Shown one piece after another: positions 27,506-36,893 of a stretch of 64,000 nucleotides of DNA. Location of the stretch: positions 19,789-83,788 of the forward strand of contig JBAZJU010000003.1 of the NCBI GenBank assembly GCA_041651155.1. The letters are read 5' to 3'. The notes under the pieces are model-generated. The model searched no databases and had not been told where the DNA came from. It saw nothing but the letters and a program-made list of their open reading frames with translations. How positions within the stretch are numbered: the stretch's first letter is position 1; each line of letters starts with the position of its first letter. The DNA comes from Patescibacteria group bacterium. Its GTDB lineage: Bacteria > Patescibacteriota > Patescibacteriia > CAIXNZ01. Made by a program: the position numbers and the translations under genes.

Positions 27506-29647
27506 TTATTTTACTTGTTCACTTTTACGCTGCGTAGCCATAATTATCAGTCGACAGCGCACATGCGGTGAATTTTTTATCAGGTTGTCAAAATCCTTAC
27601 GGTTTAATTTCAGGGTTCTGACTCGATCAATGGCAACGACATTGGCTGTTCTAATGCCATCTTGTAAAAGTGCCATTTCCCCAAAGTATTGTCCCGGGAA
27701 AAGAGTGGCTATTTCGCGAACGCCGCCGTTTTCCTCTAACATGACTTTGGCTTTGCCTTCGGTAATGATGTAAAAATCATCGCCTCTTTCGCCCTGAGTT
27801 ACGATATAAGTGTCTGGTTCATGAAGTTCTTCCTGAATCTCCTGGGAGATTTGAATATAGGATGGGGCATCCAGACCCCTGAAAAGGGCAATGTCCATGA
27901 TAATGGGCCGATACTTATGTGTTTTTGCCAATCTCTTAGCCAAAAGTGGTTCTTTGAGTATCCGGTTGGAAATTTCCTTGGGAATTGCTAAGACCCGTAA
28001 AGGACTTCTGGCTTTAATAGTGGCTGTGCAAGGGCAATTTTTTGTGACGGAAAGTTCTCCAAAGAAATCGCCGCTAGACAGCTGGGTGAATTCTTCATTG
28101 TCAATGATGACCAAGGCAGTTCCACCTAAAATGACATAAAACTCTTTGCCCGGGCTACCTTGTTCCAAAATTACGCTGCCAGCTGGGAATTCTTCGATCT
28201 TTCCGCTAGACAAAAGCACGGAAATCCATTGCGGTTCTATGCCGTAGAACAATGGCACTCGAAATAGCGTATTCATGGCTTCCAAGGCCGTGTCCTGGGG
28301 GATAAGTTCCCAAATTTGACCTGTCTTGGGCGTGCAAAATTGCTGGCTGAGCTCAGGTGTTAATTTGGCGCTGTGAGTCAGGACAAGCCGTTTTTTTACC
28401 TCGCTGGGTAATTGAGCAAGTTCGTCTGTCAGCGGATGGATTGTGCCTCCACCGCCATCAAGAAACATCAGATCGCAATCTATTGTGGGAATGCCTTGGA
28501 CGCAAGCCCTAGTTTGTTCATCGATGATTCCCTTTTCTGCCAGTTCCTGAATTTTCTTGCCCCAGGCAGTATCGCCTGAATAGACAATGCTTTTACCTTT
28601 GACTGTGACTTTGAAGCCGATCGTTGGAATCGGGTGTACCGTATTCCAGAAATCGAATTCGGCGCCGTACCAACTGAAAGGTTCATTGACTTTTACTTCA
28701 ATCAGCTTAACGAATTGCTGAACCACATCAACCGGCAGATCGAGAATGTAAGCGGTTTTCAGGAGAAAGCCAGCGAAAACGGTTTTGGTTGTCATAATGC
28801 TGGCCATTTTGGAATTGACCACCATATCCAGGATGGAATTGTGGTCGTCGTGAATGTGGGTAATCAGGAATGCCTCGATTTCGTGAGGATTAATGCCAAA
28901 TTCCCTGCAATGCTCTTTCAGCCAGCTTACACCATCAACAATGATGGGCAGGCCATTTATCCAGATAATCACCCCAGAAGTGTAGTCGCTGGGATCAAAA
29001 CCCGACGTGCATTGGCTCAGGGCCATGGCGCCCAGGATTGATCTCTTGGGCAAATTTTCCGGAGTGATAAGCGGTAAAGGCGGTGTTTGAGGATTGTTCA
29101 GGTTGATGTCAGCGAAATATCCTTCGTCCTGATCTGTGATCTGGAAAACATTTTCCGCGCGCTTGGTAACTAGCATACCGTCAATTTCCACTTTGCCTTT
29201 TGCATCAAACGGTATGAAATTAATCATGTCGTCGAGCGTGGCAATTGAACTGTTTTTGTTATGAAGCGCCAGATAATCAGATATCTTGGAAATGCGCTCA
29301 TATTCTTCATCGCTGATACCGAACTGATCAGCCTCCTGCTTATTGATTCCCAGCAAGGTCAGGCGCAAAATGTTCTTGATCCTTTCCAGCTGTTTTTTTT
29401 CGCCGATCACGGCCAGTTTTTCACCTTTGAAAAATCCGCCGTAGACGAAAAGAAAATCATAAAGTGGAAATTCCAGTGCTGCCTGGTTGATTCCATGCCG
29501 GAAAAAAGTCGAGGGCAGGACAATCCTGTTTGGGACTGTTTTTCCCATCTTTTTGAGAAGTTTGACCACCTCTGAAGGGCAGCCAAGCATAATTCTCCAG
29601 TCATAAATCTGACAACCGGGCATTAATTCAAACAATTTTTGTTCCAT
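27506..29647 (-). CDS. Multidomain protein: N-terminal domain of unknown function, central metallo-beta-lactamase-fold hydrolase (HxHxDH), two C-terminal cyclic-nucleotide-binding (CAP_ED) domains
   Basis: 713 aa. FLITHIHDDHNS carries the HxHxDH MBL metal-binding motif, which resembles the class II cNMP phosphodiesterase HxHLDH. Two cNMP-binding signatures (FFGELSV...TATIKA; GQYFGEMALL...RTANVVA). Confidence 0.65.
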   Translation of the reverse strand: MEQKLFELMPGCQIYDWRIMLGCPSEVVKLLKKMGKTVPNRIVLPSTFFRHGINQAALEFPLYDFLFVYGGFFKGEKLAVIGEKKQLERIKNILRLTLLGINKQEADQFGISDEEYERISKISDYLALHNKNSSIATLDDMINFIPFDAKGKVEIDGMLVTKRAENVFQITDQDEGYFADINLNNPQTPPLPLITPENLPKRSILGAMALSQCTSGFDPSDYTSGVIIWINGLPIIVDGVSWLKEHCREFGINPHEIEAFLITHIHDDHNSILDMVVNSKMASIMTTKTVFAGFLLKTAYILDLPVDVVQQFVKLIEVKVNEPFSWYGAEFDFWNTVHPIPTIGFKVTVKGKSIVYSGDTAWGKKIQELAEKGIIDEQTRACVQGIPTIDCDLMFLDGGGGTIHPLTDELAQLPSEVKKRLVLTHSAKLTPELSQQFCTPKTGQIWELIPQDTALEAMNTLFRVPLFYGIEPQWISVLLSSGKIEEFPAGSVILEQGSPGKEFYVILGGTALVIIDNEEFTQLSSGDFFGELSVTKNCPCTATIKARSPLRVLAIPKEISNRILKEPLLAKRLAKTHKYRPIIMDIALFRGLDAPSYIQISQEIQEELHEPDTYIVTQGERGDDFYIITEGKAKVMLEENGGVREIATLFPGQYFGEMALLQDGIRTANVVAIDRVRTLKLNRKDFDNLIKNSPHVRCRLIIMATQRKSEQVK

Positions 29648-29753
29648 TTTCTTCCTCCTCTCTTAAATTTAAGGAACATTTTAGCTTAACATTTTTCGAT
29701 ATTTTTGTCAATATTTTATTAAAAAAGGAGCTAATCTCTTAGCTCCCTATAGG

Positions 29754-30623
29754 TTAAATTTTTGACTGCGGTTTGGGTTTGATTTTGAATATTTGTGATA
29801 ACCAGGCTAAGCTTAAACTGAAGCAACTTAACAACTTTACAACCAAACAACTTAATAATCCCACATGTTTTTTAAAATAAATTGCCATTCCCCTATTAAA
29901 TCGTTTCTGTTTTTCTAAGCTCATTTGCTGGGCAAAACTTTTAGCTTCGTGATGAATAATTTTTGTTTTTGGCGTATAAATAATTTTCAAGCCTAAATCC
30001 TGAATTTTCATGCATAAATCCAGATCCTCCCACCAGATAAAATAATCAGGATCAAACCCGCCAATTTCTTTAATTACTCCTGTTCTGGCAAACATAAAAG
30101 CTCCCATGATCTGTTTAACTTCCTGTTCTTTTTCATAAATAAAATTTTTGGCTAAATATCTATTTAAACATTTGGTTTGAAAAAAATGATGGAGTTTTAA
30201 AAGAATTAAAAGTTGGTCGCAGAGATTAGGATTATTTTTAATATTTTTTTGTAATGTGCCATCAGGATAAATTAACTGGCAAGTTGAGAGAGCAATTTTT
30301 TCATCCTGTGCCATGAGATCAAACATTACTTTAAAACTATTTTCTATTAATTCAGTATCTGGATTTAAAAATAATACATATTTTCCTTGGGTGTGTTCTA
30401 AGGCCAAATTATTTGCATTGGCAAAACCCAGGTTTTCGTTGGAGGCAATTAAATTAACTTGAGGAAATTGTGATGCCACCATTAACGCTGAGGCATCTTT
30501 GGAAGCATTATCAACCACAAAAACCTCAAATTCTAAACCTTGTGTTTTATCAATGATTGATTGTAAACACTTTCTGAGCAAGTCCTTAACATTCCAAGAG
30601 ACGATGATGATTGATAGTTGCAT
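29754..30623 (-). CDS. Family 2 glycosyltransferase
   Basis: LSIIIVSWNVKD...VVDNASKD...YVLFLNPD (DxD-type) are classic GT2 motifs. Start moved to MQLSIIIV (30623) because the upstream extension is encoded by a repeat element. Confidence 0.65.
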   Translation of the reverse strand: MQLSIIIVSWNVKDLLRKCLQSIIDKTQGLEFEVFVVDNASKDASALMVASQFPQVNLIASNENLGFANANNLALEHTQGKYVLFLNPDTELIENSFKVMFDLMAQDEKIALSTCQLIYPDGTLQKNIKNNPNLCDQLLILLKLHHFFQTKCLNRYLAKNFIYEKEQEVKQIMGAFMFARTGVIKEIGGFDPDYFIWWEDLDLCMKIQDLGLKIIYTPKTKIIHHEAKSFAQQMSLEKQKRFNRGMAIYFKKHVGLLSCLVVKLLSCFSLSLAWLSQIFKIKPKPQSKI

Positions 30624-30645
30624 AGTATAAAAATTTTGTGTAGTT

Positions 30646-30842
30646 AAGGATTCTTCGCTATTAAAGTGGTTGTGTAGGAAATGATTTTTTGTTGCTAGTC
30701 CGCTCTGAATGACGGGGGGGGCGAGCCGAACGCCCTTTGTCATTCAGAGACCCCAACAGGCCGAAGAAAAGGCAAGGATTTATGGATTCAAGGATTCTTC
30801 GCTTGCCCCTTCGGGGCTGACGCTCTGAATGACAGTGGGGGT
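30646..30842. repeat. Cluster of REP/MITE-like palindromic repeat units (CAAGGATTCTTCRCT and CTCTGAATGACRGGGGG...GTCATTCAGAG)
   Basis: Perfect 11-bp inverted repeat CTCTGAATGAC (30704-30714) / GTCATTCAGAG (30739-30749) around a G-rich core. Unit copies at 30646-30659, 30789-30803 and 30824-30842. A related copy lies at 60056-60159. Confidence 0.5.
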
Positions 30843-32078
30843 AAGTTTTTCATTAATTAACTCCAACATTTCCCCTACCCTAATTTGCCAAGTATTATTC
30901 TTTAACATTTCAAATTTTTCCGGCGCTAATCCCTTTTCCTCTTTTAAGGCTTGGTTAACAAAATTATTAAATTCTTCTGGCGATTTGGCGACTTTAATCA
31001 AATTGCCAAAGCGTTCAATCCCTGGTATATAAGTTGAAACTATTGGTAAGCCAGCAGCTAGATATTCATAAAACTTCATGGGATCAGTTGATTTGATAAA
31101 ATCATTAATTTTATAAGGAATAATGCCCACATCAAAGCCATTATAAAGCGCTGGAATATCTTCATATTTTATTGGTCCTAAGAAATGAATATTTTTATAC
31201 TCTTCAAATTTATCCTTGGGAAAGTTTGGCCAAACTGGACCAGCTAAGACAATGGATTTATCTTGATTATTTTTCGCTAAATTTAGCAAAATTTCAGTAT
31301 CAATTCTGTCTTGCAATATTCCGAGAAATCCAATAATTTGTTTTGGGATATTAATTAATTTGGGCGAAACTTCGGATACACTTTGAAAATATTCTAAATC
31401 AACTCCATTGGGTAGCCAAGATACATTGGCCTGATTATTAAATAAATCCTTTTTTAAATTGGCTGAAACAGTGAAAATTAAGTCAGATTTTTCTTGGATT
31501 GTTTGATAATTTTGTTTTAATTTTGATTTGTACGCCTCATAACTTGAATGTTCTGACCAATTATCAACTGCATCAAAGATATTTAATTTTTGGTTAAAAT
31601 TGTCAAAATAATCAATGTACATTGGATTATAATTCCAGGCAATTAGATTATTTTGCATGTTTTCCTTGGCAATAATTTTATTTAGTTCTGTAATGATTCT
31701 ACTTTTATTTAAAACAGAATCAATTGTGGAATAAACTAAAATTTTGCTGGAAATTTGCCAGCATTGTGAAGTCAAATCTCCATAAATAATTGTTCCTCTT
31801 GTATCCTTTAATATCTGATCTGAAAAGTAAGTTTTAATTGCTTTTTTAATGTTAAAAGGCAGAAAATCTACAGTAATGACTTTATTTATTTCATCTCGTT
31901 TAACTAAATTATGTAAAACATGGAAATTGCGATTGACAACTCCTTTTTGCCAGTCGCTGTATTTGGACATGTTGAACATTATTATATTCAGTTTGGGTGG
32001 GTTGATTATGCTCATTATTTTAACTGTGCGTATTTTAGTAAATTTGGAATAAAACGATTGTAAGATATTGTAAGACAA
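30780..32078 (-). CDS. Glycosyltransferase (GT-B fold, GT1/GT4-like C-terminal domain); C-terminal 14 codons run into the repeat element
   Basis: C-terminal EYLAAGLPIVSTYIPGIERF is a typical GT-B nucleotide-sugar binding motif. The N-terminal domain is unassigned. True start may be an internal Met. Confidence 0.5.
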   Translation of the reverse strand: MSYNILQSFYSKFTKIRTVKIMSIINPPKLNIIMFNMSKYSDWQKGVVNRNFHVLHNLVKRDEINKVITVDFLPFNIKKAIKTYFSDQILKDTRGTIIYGDLTSQCWQISSKILVYSTIDSVLNKSRIITELNKIIAKENMQNNLIAWNYNPMYIDYFDNFNQKLNIFDAVDNWSEHSSYEAYKSKLKQNYQTIQEKSDLIFTVSANLKKDLFNNQANVSWLPNGVDLEYFQSVSEVSPKLINIPKQIIGFLGILQDRIDTEILLNLAKNNQDKSIVLAGPVWPNFPKDKFEEYKNIHFLGPIKYEDIPALYNGFDVGIIPYKINDFIKSTDPMKFYEYLAAGLPIVSTYIPGIERFGNLIKVAKSPEEFNNFVNQALKEEKGLAPEKFEMLKNNTWQIRVGEMLELINEKLTPTVIQSVSPEGASEESLNP

Positions 32079-32117
32079 TTGTTTTACAGCAATATTACAA
32101 TTGTCTTACTAAATCGT

Positions 32118-33230
32118 CTAAATAATATTCTTGAGCTTGTCGATTTGCTGATACCAATTAAATTCAGATAAAACGCGTTGTCTGCCCTGAACACCTAATT
32201 TGTTCGCTAGCTCCGGGTCGTTAAAGAGCTTTAAAATTGCCTGGTTAATTTCCTGGACACTTTCTGGGTTCACTAAAATTCCGGTTTGGTTATCTATGAC
32301 TGCGTCTTCCGCTCCCCCGCTTTTGCCAGCAATCACTGGTTTGCCAAATAAATTAGCTTCCAGATAAACAATACCAAAGCCCTCTATGTCTTCGCCTATT
32401 TGGCGCGCTGGCATGATAAAGATATTGGCTAAACTATAAAAGGCAGGGAGATTTGAATTGGGTATGTCTTCAGCAATTATTAAATTCCCTCTGACTTTTA
32501 AATCCTCGGCTAGTTTTTCTAATCTTTCTCTGTCAGGGCCATTGCCAACAATTATATAGATTAAGTTGGGTATTTGCTTAGTTAATTCTGGTAATGCTTC
32601 AATAACTTTATCAAAACCTTTTCTGGGCACTAAACGACCTACAGAAAGCAGTATTTTTTTATGATGTAAATCCAGCTCATTTTTAATAATTTGCATTTCA
32701 TGTTCGTTGAATTGTTCAAGTTGTAAATTTGGACAAGGATAGACAATTGTTATTTTATTTTGTTTAATCCCCAAATTCAATACTTGATTTTCTGTATTAT
32801 GGCTATTAACAATAATATGTTTGGCCTGAGTTAATATTTTTACTGCCCAGTATTTTTTCCAGCTTGATTTTTGGGCATTCATTATGTCATAGCCGTGCAA
32901 AATAACAATGTATGGCAATTTAAGCATTAACGCAATATAGCCCATTGGTAAAATATGGCTAATTACAATTTGTTCAATTTTAGATTTTTTGATTATAGGT
33001 TTAGCCGCCAAATATGTTTTTAACCAGCGTGGCCAAAAATATTTAGATAATAATTGTGCCCTGATAATTTTATAAGGCTGCTTGTTATCAAAATGCTGGC
33101 TTTGCTCGTGATTATTAGCTAAAACTAAAAGATTGCCTGGTGGAAAATTTTTGCTTAAATTAGCCAAATAATTTGCTACGCCTCCAATTTGCGGTGGGAA
33201 ATCAATTGTTATTAATAATGATTTTTTCAT
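32118..33230 (-). CDS. Family 4 glycosyltransferase (GT-B)
   Basis: 370 aa. EGFGIVYLEANLFGKPVIAGKSGGAEDAV is the GT4 E-x7-E motif region. Confidence 0.7.
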   Translation of the reverse strand: MKKSLLITIDFPPQIGGVANYLANLSKNFPPGNLLVLANNHEQSQHFDNKQPYKIIRAQLLSKYFWPRWLKTYLAAKPIIKKSKIEQIVISHILPMGYIALMLKLPYIVILHGYDIMNAQKSSWKKYWAVKILTQAKHIIVNSHNTENQVLNLGIKQNKITIVYPCPNLQLEQFNEHEMQIIKNELDLHHKKILLSVGRLVPRKGFDKVIEALPELTKQIPNLIYIIVGNGPDRERLEKLAEDLKVRGNLIIAEDIPNSNLPAFYSLANIFIMPARQIGEDIEGFGIVYLEANLFGKPVIAGKSGGAEDAVIDNQTGILVNPESVQEINQAILKLFNDPELANKLGVQGRQRVLSEFNWYQQIDKLKNII

Positions 33231-34702
33231 ACATTTTCTTCTAAAGTTTCTTCCGGGGGTAAAATTACATTCTTTTTAAAAATAGCTTGCCACAAATATT
33301 TTAGATCGTCTTTGCCAAAGCCTTTAAGCAGATAAAGAATTATTGTGTAAATAAAAGCGCTTATAATAATTAGGATTATAAAATTTATATGCTCTTTGGT
33401 GTAAATTATAAATATTGCCATAAATACTGATGCCAGAAGAGCTTTGATTGATTTAATAGTAAGAAATTTAAAGTCATACTTAATTATTTTTGGAACCCAA
33501 ATTAAATTCAAAATAAACAGCAGGCTCAGGCTGATTAAGGTAGCGATTGAAGCGCCGATTTGCTGGTATTTGGGAATTAAAATCAGATGAAGAATTATAT
33601 CTATAACCATGATAATTCCCATGTTGGTCGTATTTACAGTTTGTTTATCACAGGCATTTAATAATGAGCCGACCGGATAAGATAGGAATAAGGCAATGAT
33701 TGCAAAAATCAAAATTTTTAAGGTTAAAATAGATGGTTGATAACCAGAGCCATACAGGCCTAAAATTATTTTGTCAGCTAATGATCCCAGGCCAAAAGCA
33801 ATCGGTAAAGCGATAATAATTAAGAAAAACATTGATTTTTCAAAAATTATTTTTAGCTTTGACTGATCATTGGCAAAGGCAGCGCTCATGGCCGGATAAA
33901 TAGCTGCAGCAAAAGAGGCCGGTAAAAAGATAAAAGCATAAGTTATTTTATAGGCCACTGAATACCAGCCTACTGCTTGATCGCTGATTAAAATAGACAG
34001 TAAAACTTGGTCTATAAATGTGTAGACTCTGGTAAAAATCGCGGCCAGGGCAAAAGGAAAAGCAATTTTTAATAATAACTTTACAATGCTTTTATTCCAC
34101 TGGAAACTAAATTTAAAATGTAATTTAACCTTTAATAAAATGAAAGAATATATAAAGCTGAAAGAACTGCCGGCCAAAAGCGCAAAAACTAAGATGTAGA
34201 GGGGAAATTTTAAAAAAACACCAATTAAGCCAACCAAGACAATTAAAAGTTGGTTTATAGTAATGCTTATCGCCTCGTATTTTAAATTTTGATAAGCGCG
34301 GAAAATTGCCCAAAAGCTAAGGGTAAAAGAATCAATAATCATAATCACGCCTGCCAAATAAACCATTGTTAAGGTAATTTGTGACTTATTTAAGAGGTTA
34401 ATTATTACAATTGCGGCTAAATATGTCAGGACTGCTAATAAAATTTTAATTGATAATACATTATTTAAATATTCATTTGCCTTATTTTTGTCTTTGGCAG
34501 ATTCCCTGATTAAGACCTGAGTTAAACCGAAATCAATAAAAACAGACAAAATAGTAGTAAAGGATATGGCAAAAACATATAGCCCGATATTATCGGCGCC
34601 AAGAAATCTGGCGATTAAGGTAAAATAAATAAAAGCAAATATTTTCTGGAAAATATAGGCGCTAGTTAATAAAGTTGTATTTTTGGCAATATTTTGTTGC
34701 AT
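33227..34702 (-). CDS. Polysaccharide/O-unit flippase (Wzx-like, MOP superfamily)
   Basis: 491 aa with about 12-14 hydrophobic helices. Overlaps the downstream GT start by 4 nt (operon). Position is typical of wzx. Confidence 0.6.
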   Translation of the reverse strand: MQQNIAKNTTLLTSAYIFQKIFAFIYFTLIARFLGADNIGLYVFAISFTTILSVFIDFGLTQVLIRESAKDKNKANEYLNNVLSIKILLAVLTYLAAIVIINLLNKSQITLTMVYLAGVIMIIDSFTLSFWAIFRAYQNLKYEAISITINQLLIVLVGLIGVFLKFPLYILVFALLAGSSFSFIYSFILLKVKLHFKFSFQWNKSIVKLLLKIAFPFALAAIFTRVYTFIDQVLLSILISDQAVGWYSVAYKITYAFIFLPASFAAAIYPAMSAAFANDQSKLKIIFEKSMFFLIIIALPIAFGLGSLADKIILGLYGSGYQPSILTLKILIFAIIALFLSYPVGSLLNACDKQTVNTTNMGIIMVIDIILHLILIPKYQQIGASIATLISLSLLFILNLIWVPKIIKYDFKFLTIKSIKALLASVFMAIFIIYTKEHINFIILIIISAFIYTIILYLLKGFGKDDLKYLWQAIFKKNVILPPEETLEENV

Positions 34703-34741
34703 TTATTTTCTATTTATTGCGCTAATAAACGTTTATAATGA

Positions 34742-34800
34742 TACTAATATACTAATATTTTACTAATGATACTAATTAGTATTAAAATTAGTAAATTCGT
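34742..34800. repeat. Heptamer array: 4x TACTAAT then 2x ATTAGTA, upstream of the wzx operon start
   Basis: TACTAAT at 34742, 34750, 34761 and 34770. ATTAGTA at 34775 and 34787. Same architecture as 1909-2041 and 51041-51117. Confidence 0.6.
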
Positions 34801-34903
34801 AACTTGTGCTTATTTTAGCATAAAATCTTTAATTTTAAAAGATAACAAAACACCCCATAAAATGGAGTGTTTTGTTTTGTAAAAATATAGAATTTTGTGA
34901 GGT

Positions 34904-35323
34904 TTAACGCTTGGCCCACTGTGGGCTTTTTCTAGCTCTTTTTAAGCCAGGCTTCTTTCTTTCTTTAATCCGAGCATCTCTTTTGAGATATCCTGCGACT
35001 TTAAGCGTTTTATGAGTGTCTTCATTGTATATTTGAATAGTTCTGGCGATACCATGCCTGATTGCTTCAGCCTGACCCTTTTTACCGCCGCCTCTGACAA
35101 TTACTGAAATATCTACTTTTTTATCCAAATCAACTAATCTTAAAGGCGCCAGGATAATTTCCTGCAATTCATAGTCAGGCAAATATTGTTCTGACTTTTT
35201 ATTATTAATCATGATTTCACCTTTGCCCTTAGGAATCAACCTAATCTGGGCAATAGCGCGTTTGCGCTTGCCTACCGCATAAATATATTTTTCTTTAGTT
35301 TTTGGAATGATTTTTTCTGGCAT
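34904..35323 (-). CDS. rpsI: 30S ribosomal protein S9
   Basis: 139 aa. C-terminal GLKRARKSPQWAKR is typical of S9. Confidence 0.9.
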   Translation of the reverse strand: MPEKIIPKTKEKYIYAVGKRKRAIAQIRLIPKGKGEIMINNKKSEQYLPDYELQEIILAPLRLVDLDKKVDISVIVRGGGKKGQAEAIRHGIARTIQIYNEDTHKTLKVAGYLKRDARIKERKKPGLKRARKSPQWAKR

Positions 35324-35325
35324 AT

Positions 35326-35700
35326 TTATTTAATAGTCAATCTTTTAATCATCGCTTCTCTAAGTCTGGTTTTGGGCAGCATTTTATAAACTGCGTTTCG
35401 CAGTATTTTACCCGGATTGTCTTTTAGCCACTTTTTAATGGGGATTTTTTTTATGCCGCCTGGATACTGGGAATGTCTATAATATGTCTTTTGTTCTTTT
35501 TTCTTGCCTGTAAATTTTAAGTTATTAATATTTGTAACATTTACAAAATCTCCATTATCAATTTGAGGGCTAAAATTAACCTTACCCTTGCCTCTCAAGA
35601 GCAGGGCAATCTTTGTCGCTAAACGGCCGACTGATTGATTTGAAGCATCAAGAGGAATGGTTTTTCTTTCAATTTTAATGTTTACATTTGTAGTTTTCAT
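35326..35700 (-). CDS. rplM: 50S ribosomal protein L13
   Basis: SVGRLATKIALLLRGK matches L13 LGRLAT...LRGK. Start set at MKTTNV (35700) to avoid overlap with rplQ. Confidence 0.85.
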   Translation of the reverse strand: MKTTNVNIKIERKTIPLDASNQSVGRLATKIALLLRGKGKVNFSPQIDNGDFVNVTNINNLKFTGKKKEQKTYYRHSQYPGGIKKIPIKKWLKDNPGKILRNAVYKMLPKTRLREAMIKRLTIK

Positions 35701-35704
35701 AAAA

Positions 35705-36055
35705 TTAGACAAATTCAATTTGCACCATTTTGGCAGCATCGCCTTGGCGTGAATTAAGCCTGATTATCCTGGTATAGCCGCCTTTTCTGTCTTTGTAGCG
35801 CGGACTTAAATCTTCCAAGACTTTCTTAACAGCATTGGCTAAATATAAATATTTATGTAGTTCACGGCGGCTTGTTAAGTCATTCTTTTTTCCCTTTGTT
35901 ATTAGTTTTTCAACAATTGGTTTTAGAGTTTTTGCCTTGCCTTCTGTGGTTTTGATTTTTTCGTACAAAACTAAACTCGTAGCTAAGCCGCGAAGCAGCG
36001 CTTTACGAGGAGCTTTTTTCCGATCTAAAATTTTACCTTTATTTCTATGTCTCAT
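35705..36055 (-). CDS. rplQ: 50S ribosomal protein L17
   Basis: 116 aa. MRHRNKGKILDRKKAPRKALLRGLATSL is a canonical L17 N-terminus. Confidence 0.9.
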   Translation of the reverse strand: MRHRNKGKILDRKKAPRKALLRGLATSLVLYEKIKTTEGKAKTLKPIVEKLITKGKKNDLTSRRELHKYLYLANAVKKVLEDLSPRYKDRKGGYTRIIRLNSRQGDAAKMVQIEFV

Positions 36056-36061
36056 ATTACT

Positions 36062-36847
36062 TTATTTTTTAGCTTTTTTACTAGTCTTAACGGCTTTTTT
36101 GGCTTTAGGCTTTTTAATCTTGGCTTTATTTTCTTCTTCTTTTTCTTCCGGAGCTTCTGGCGTTTCGGAAATTAAAAGATTAAAATGATCTATAAGCATT
36201 TTTGCGCAAAAATTAATTGCTTCCCGCGGGCTGATTGTGCCATCTGTTTCCAAAGTTAATGTTAACTTGTCAAAATTAGTAATTTGTCCGACACGGGTAT
36301 TTTCAACTTTAAAGCCGACATCTTTTATTGGCGTGAAGATTGAATCAATGGCAATAGTCCCGACAGATAAATTCTCCTTAGATCGATTTTCTGTTGGTTC
36401 AAAACCACGTCCTTTTTCCACAATAATCTCCATATTAAATTCAGTCCCCTTGTCAGTAATAGTGGCAATTTTCAAATCAGGATTTATAATTTCAACATTG
36501 GCATCTTTAGCAATATCTCCGGCCAAAACATCTCCCATGCCCTTTTTCACCACTTTCAAAACAACCGGTTCATCGCTATATAATTTAAGTCTTAGTAATT
36601 TTACATTTAGCACAATCTGCAATATATCTTCATAGATTCCTGTTAAGGCGGAAAATTCATGCGGTGCGCCTTTTATTTTTATAGCAGTAGCAGCGGCGCC
36701 TGGCAAAGATGATAATAATACCCGTCTTAAGGCATTGCCCAGGGTTGTGCCATAACCATGATATAGCGGTTCCACTGTTAGAATTGCGAGATTAGAATTT
36801 TTCTCTTCCTTTAATTCTATTTTTGACGGTAAGAAAATATTTTCCAT
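36062..36847 (-). CDS. rpoA: DNA-directed RNA polymerase alpha subunit, N-terminal domain only (no alpha-CTD; Lys-rich tail instead)
   Basis: 261 aa. The alpha NTD is recognisable (ILTVEPLYHGYGTTLGNALRRVLLSSLPGAA). The protein ends in EEKEEENKAKIKKPKAKKAVKTSKKAKK rather than the approx 80-aa DNA/activator-binding CTD. Confidence 0.8.
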   Translation of the reverse strand: MENIFLPSKIELKEEKNSNLAILTVEPLYHGYGTTLGNALRRVLLSSLPGAAATAIKIKGAPHEFSALTGIYEDILQIVLNVKLLRLKLYSDEPVVLKVVKKGMGDVLAGDIAKDANVEIINPDLKIATITDKGTEFNMEIIVEKGRGFEPTENRSKENLSVGTIAIDSIFTPIKDVGFKVENTRVGQITNFDKLTLTLETDGTISPREAINFCAKMLIDHFNLLISETPEAPEEKEEENKAKIKKPKAKKAVKTSKKAKK

Positions 36848-36893
36848 ATTTTTTAGTCGAAGGTTCCCCCTCGGAATTATTATTTAAAATATT

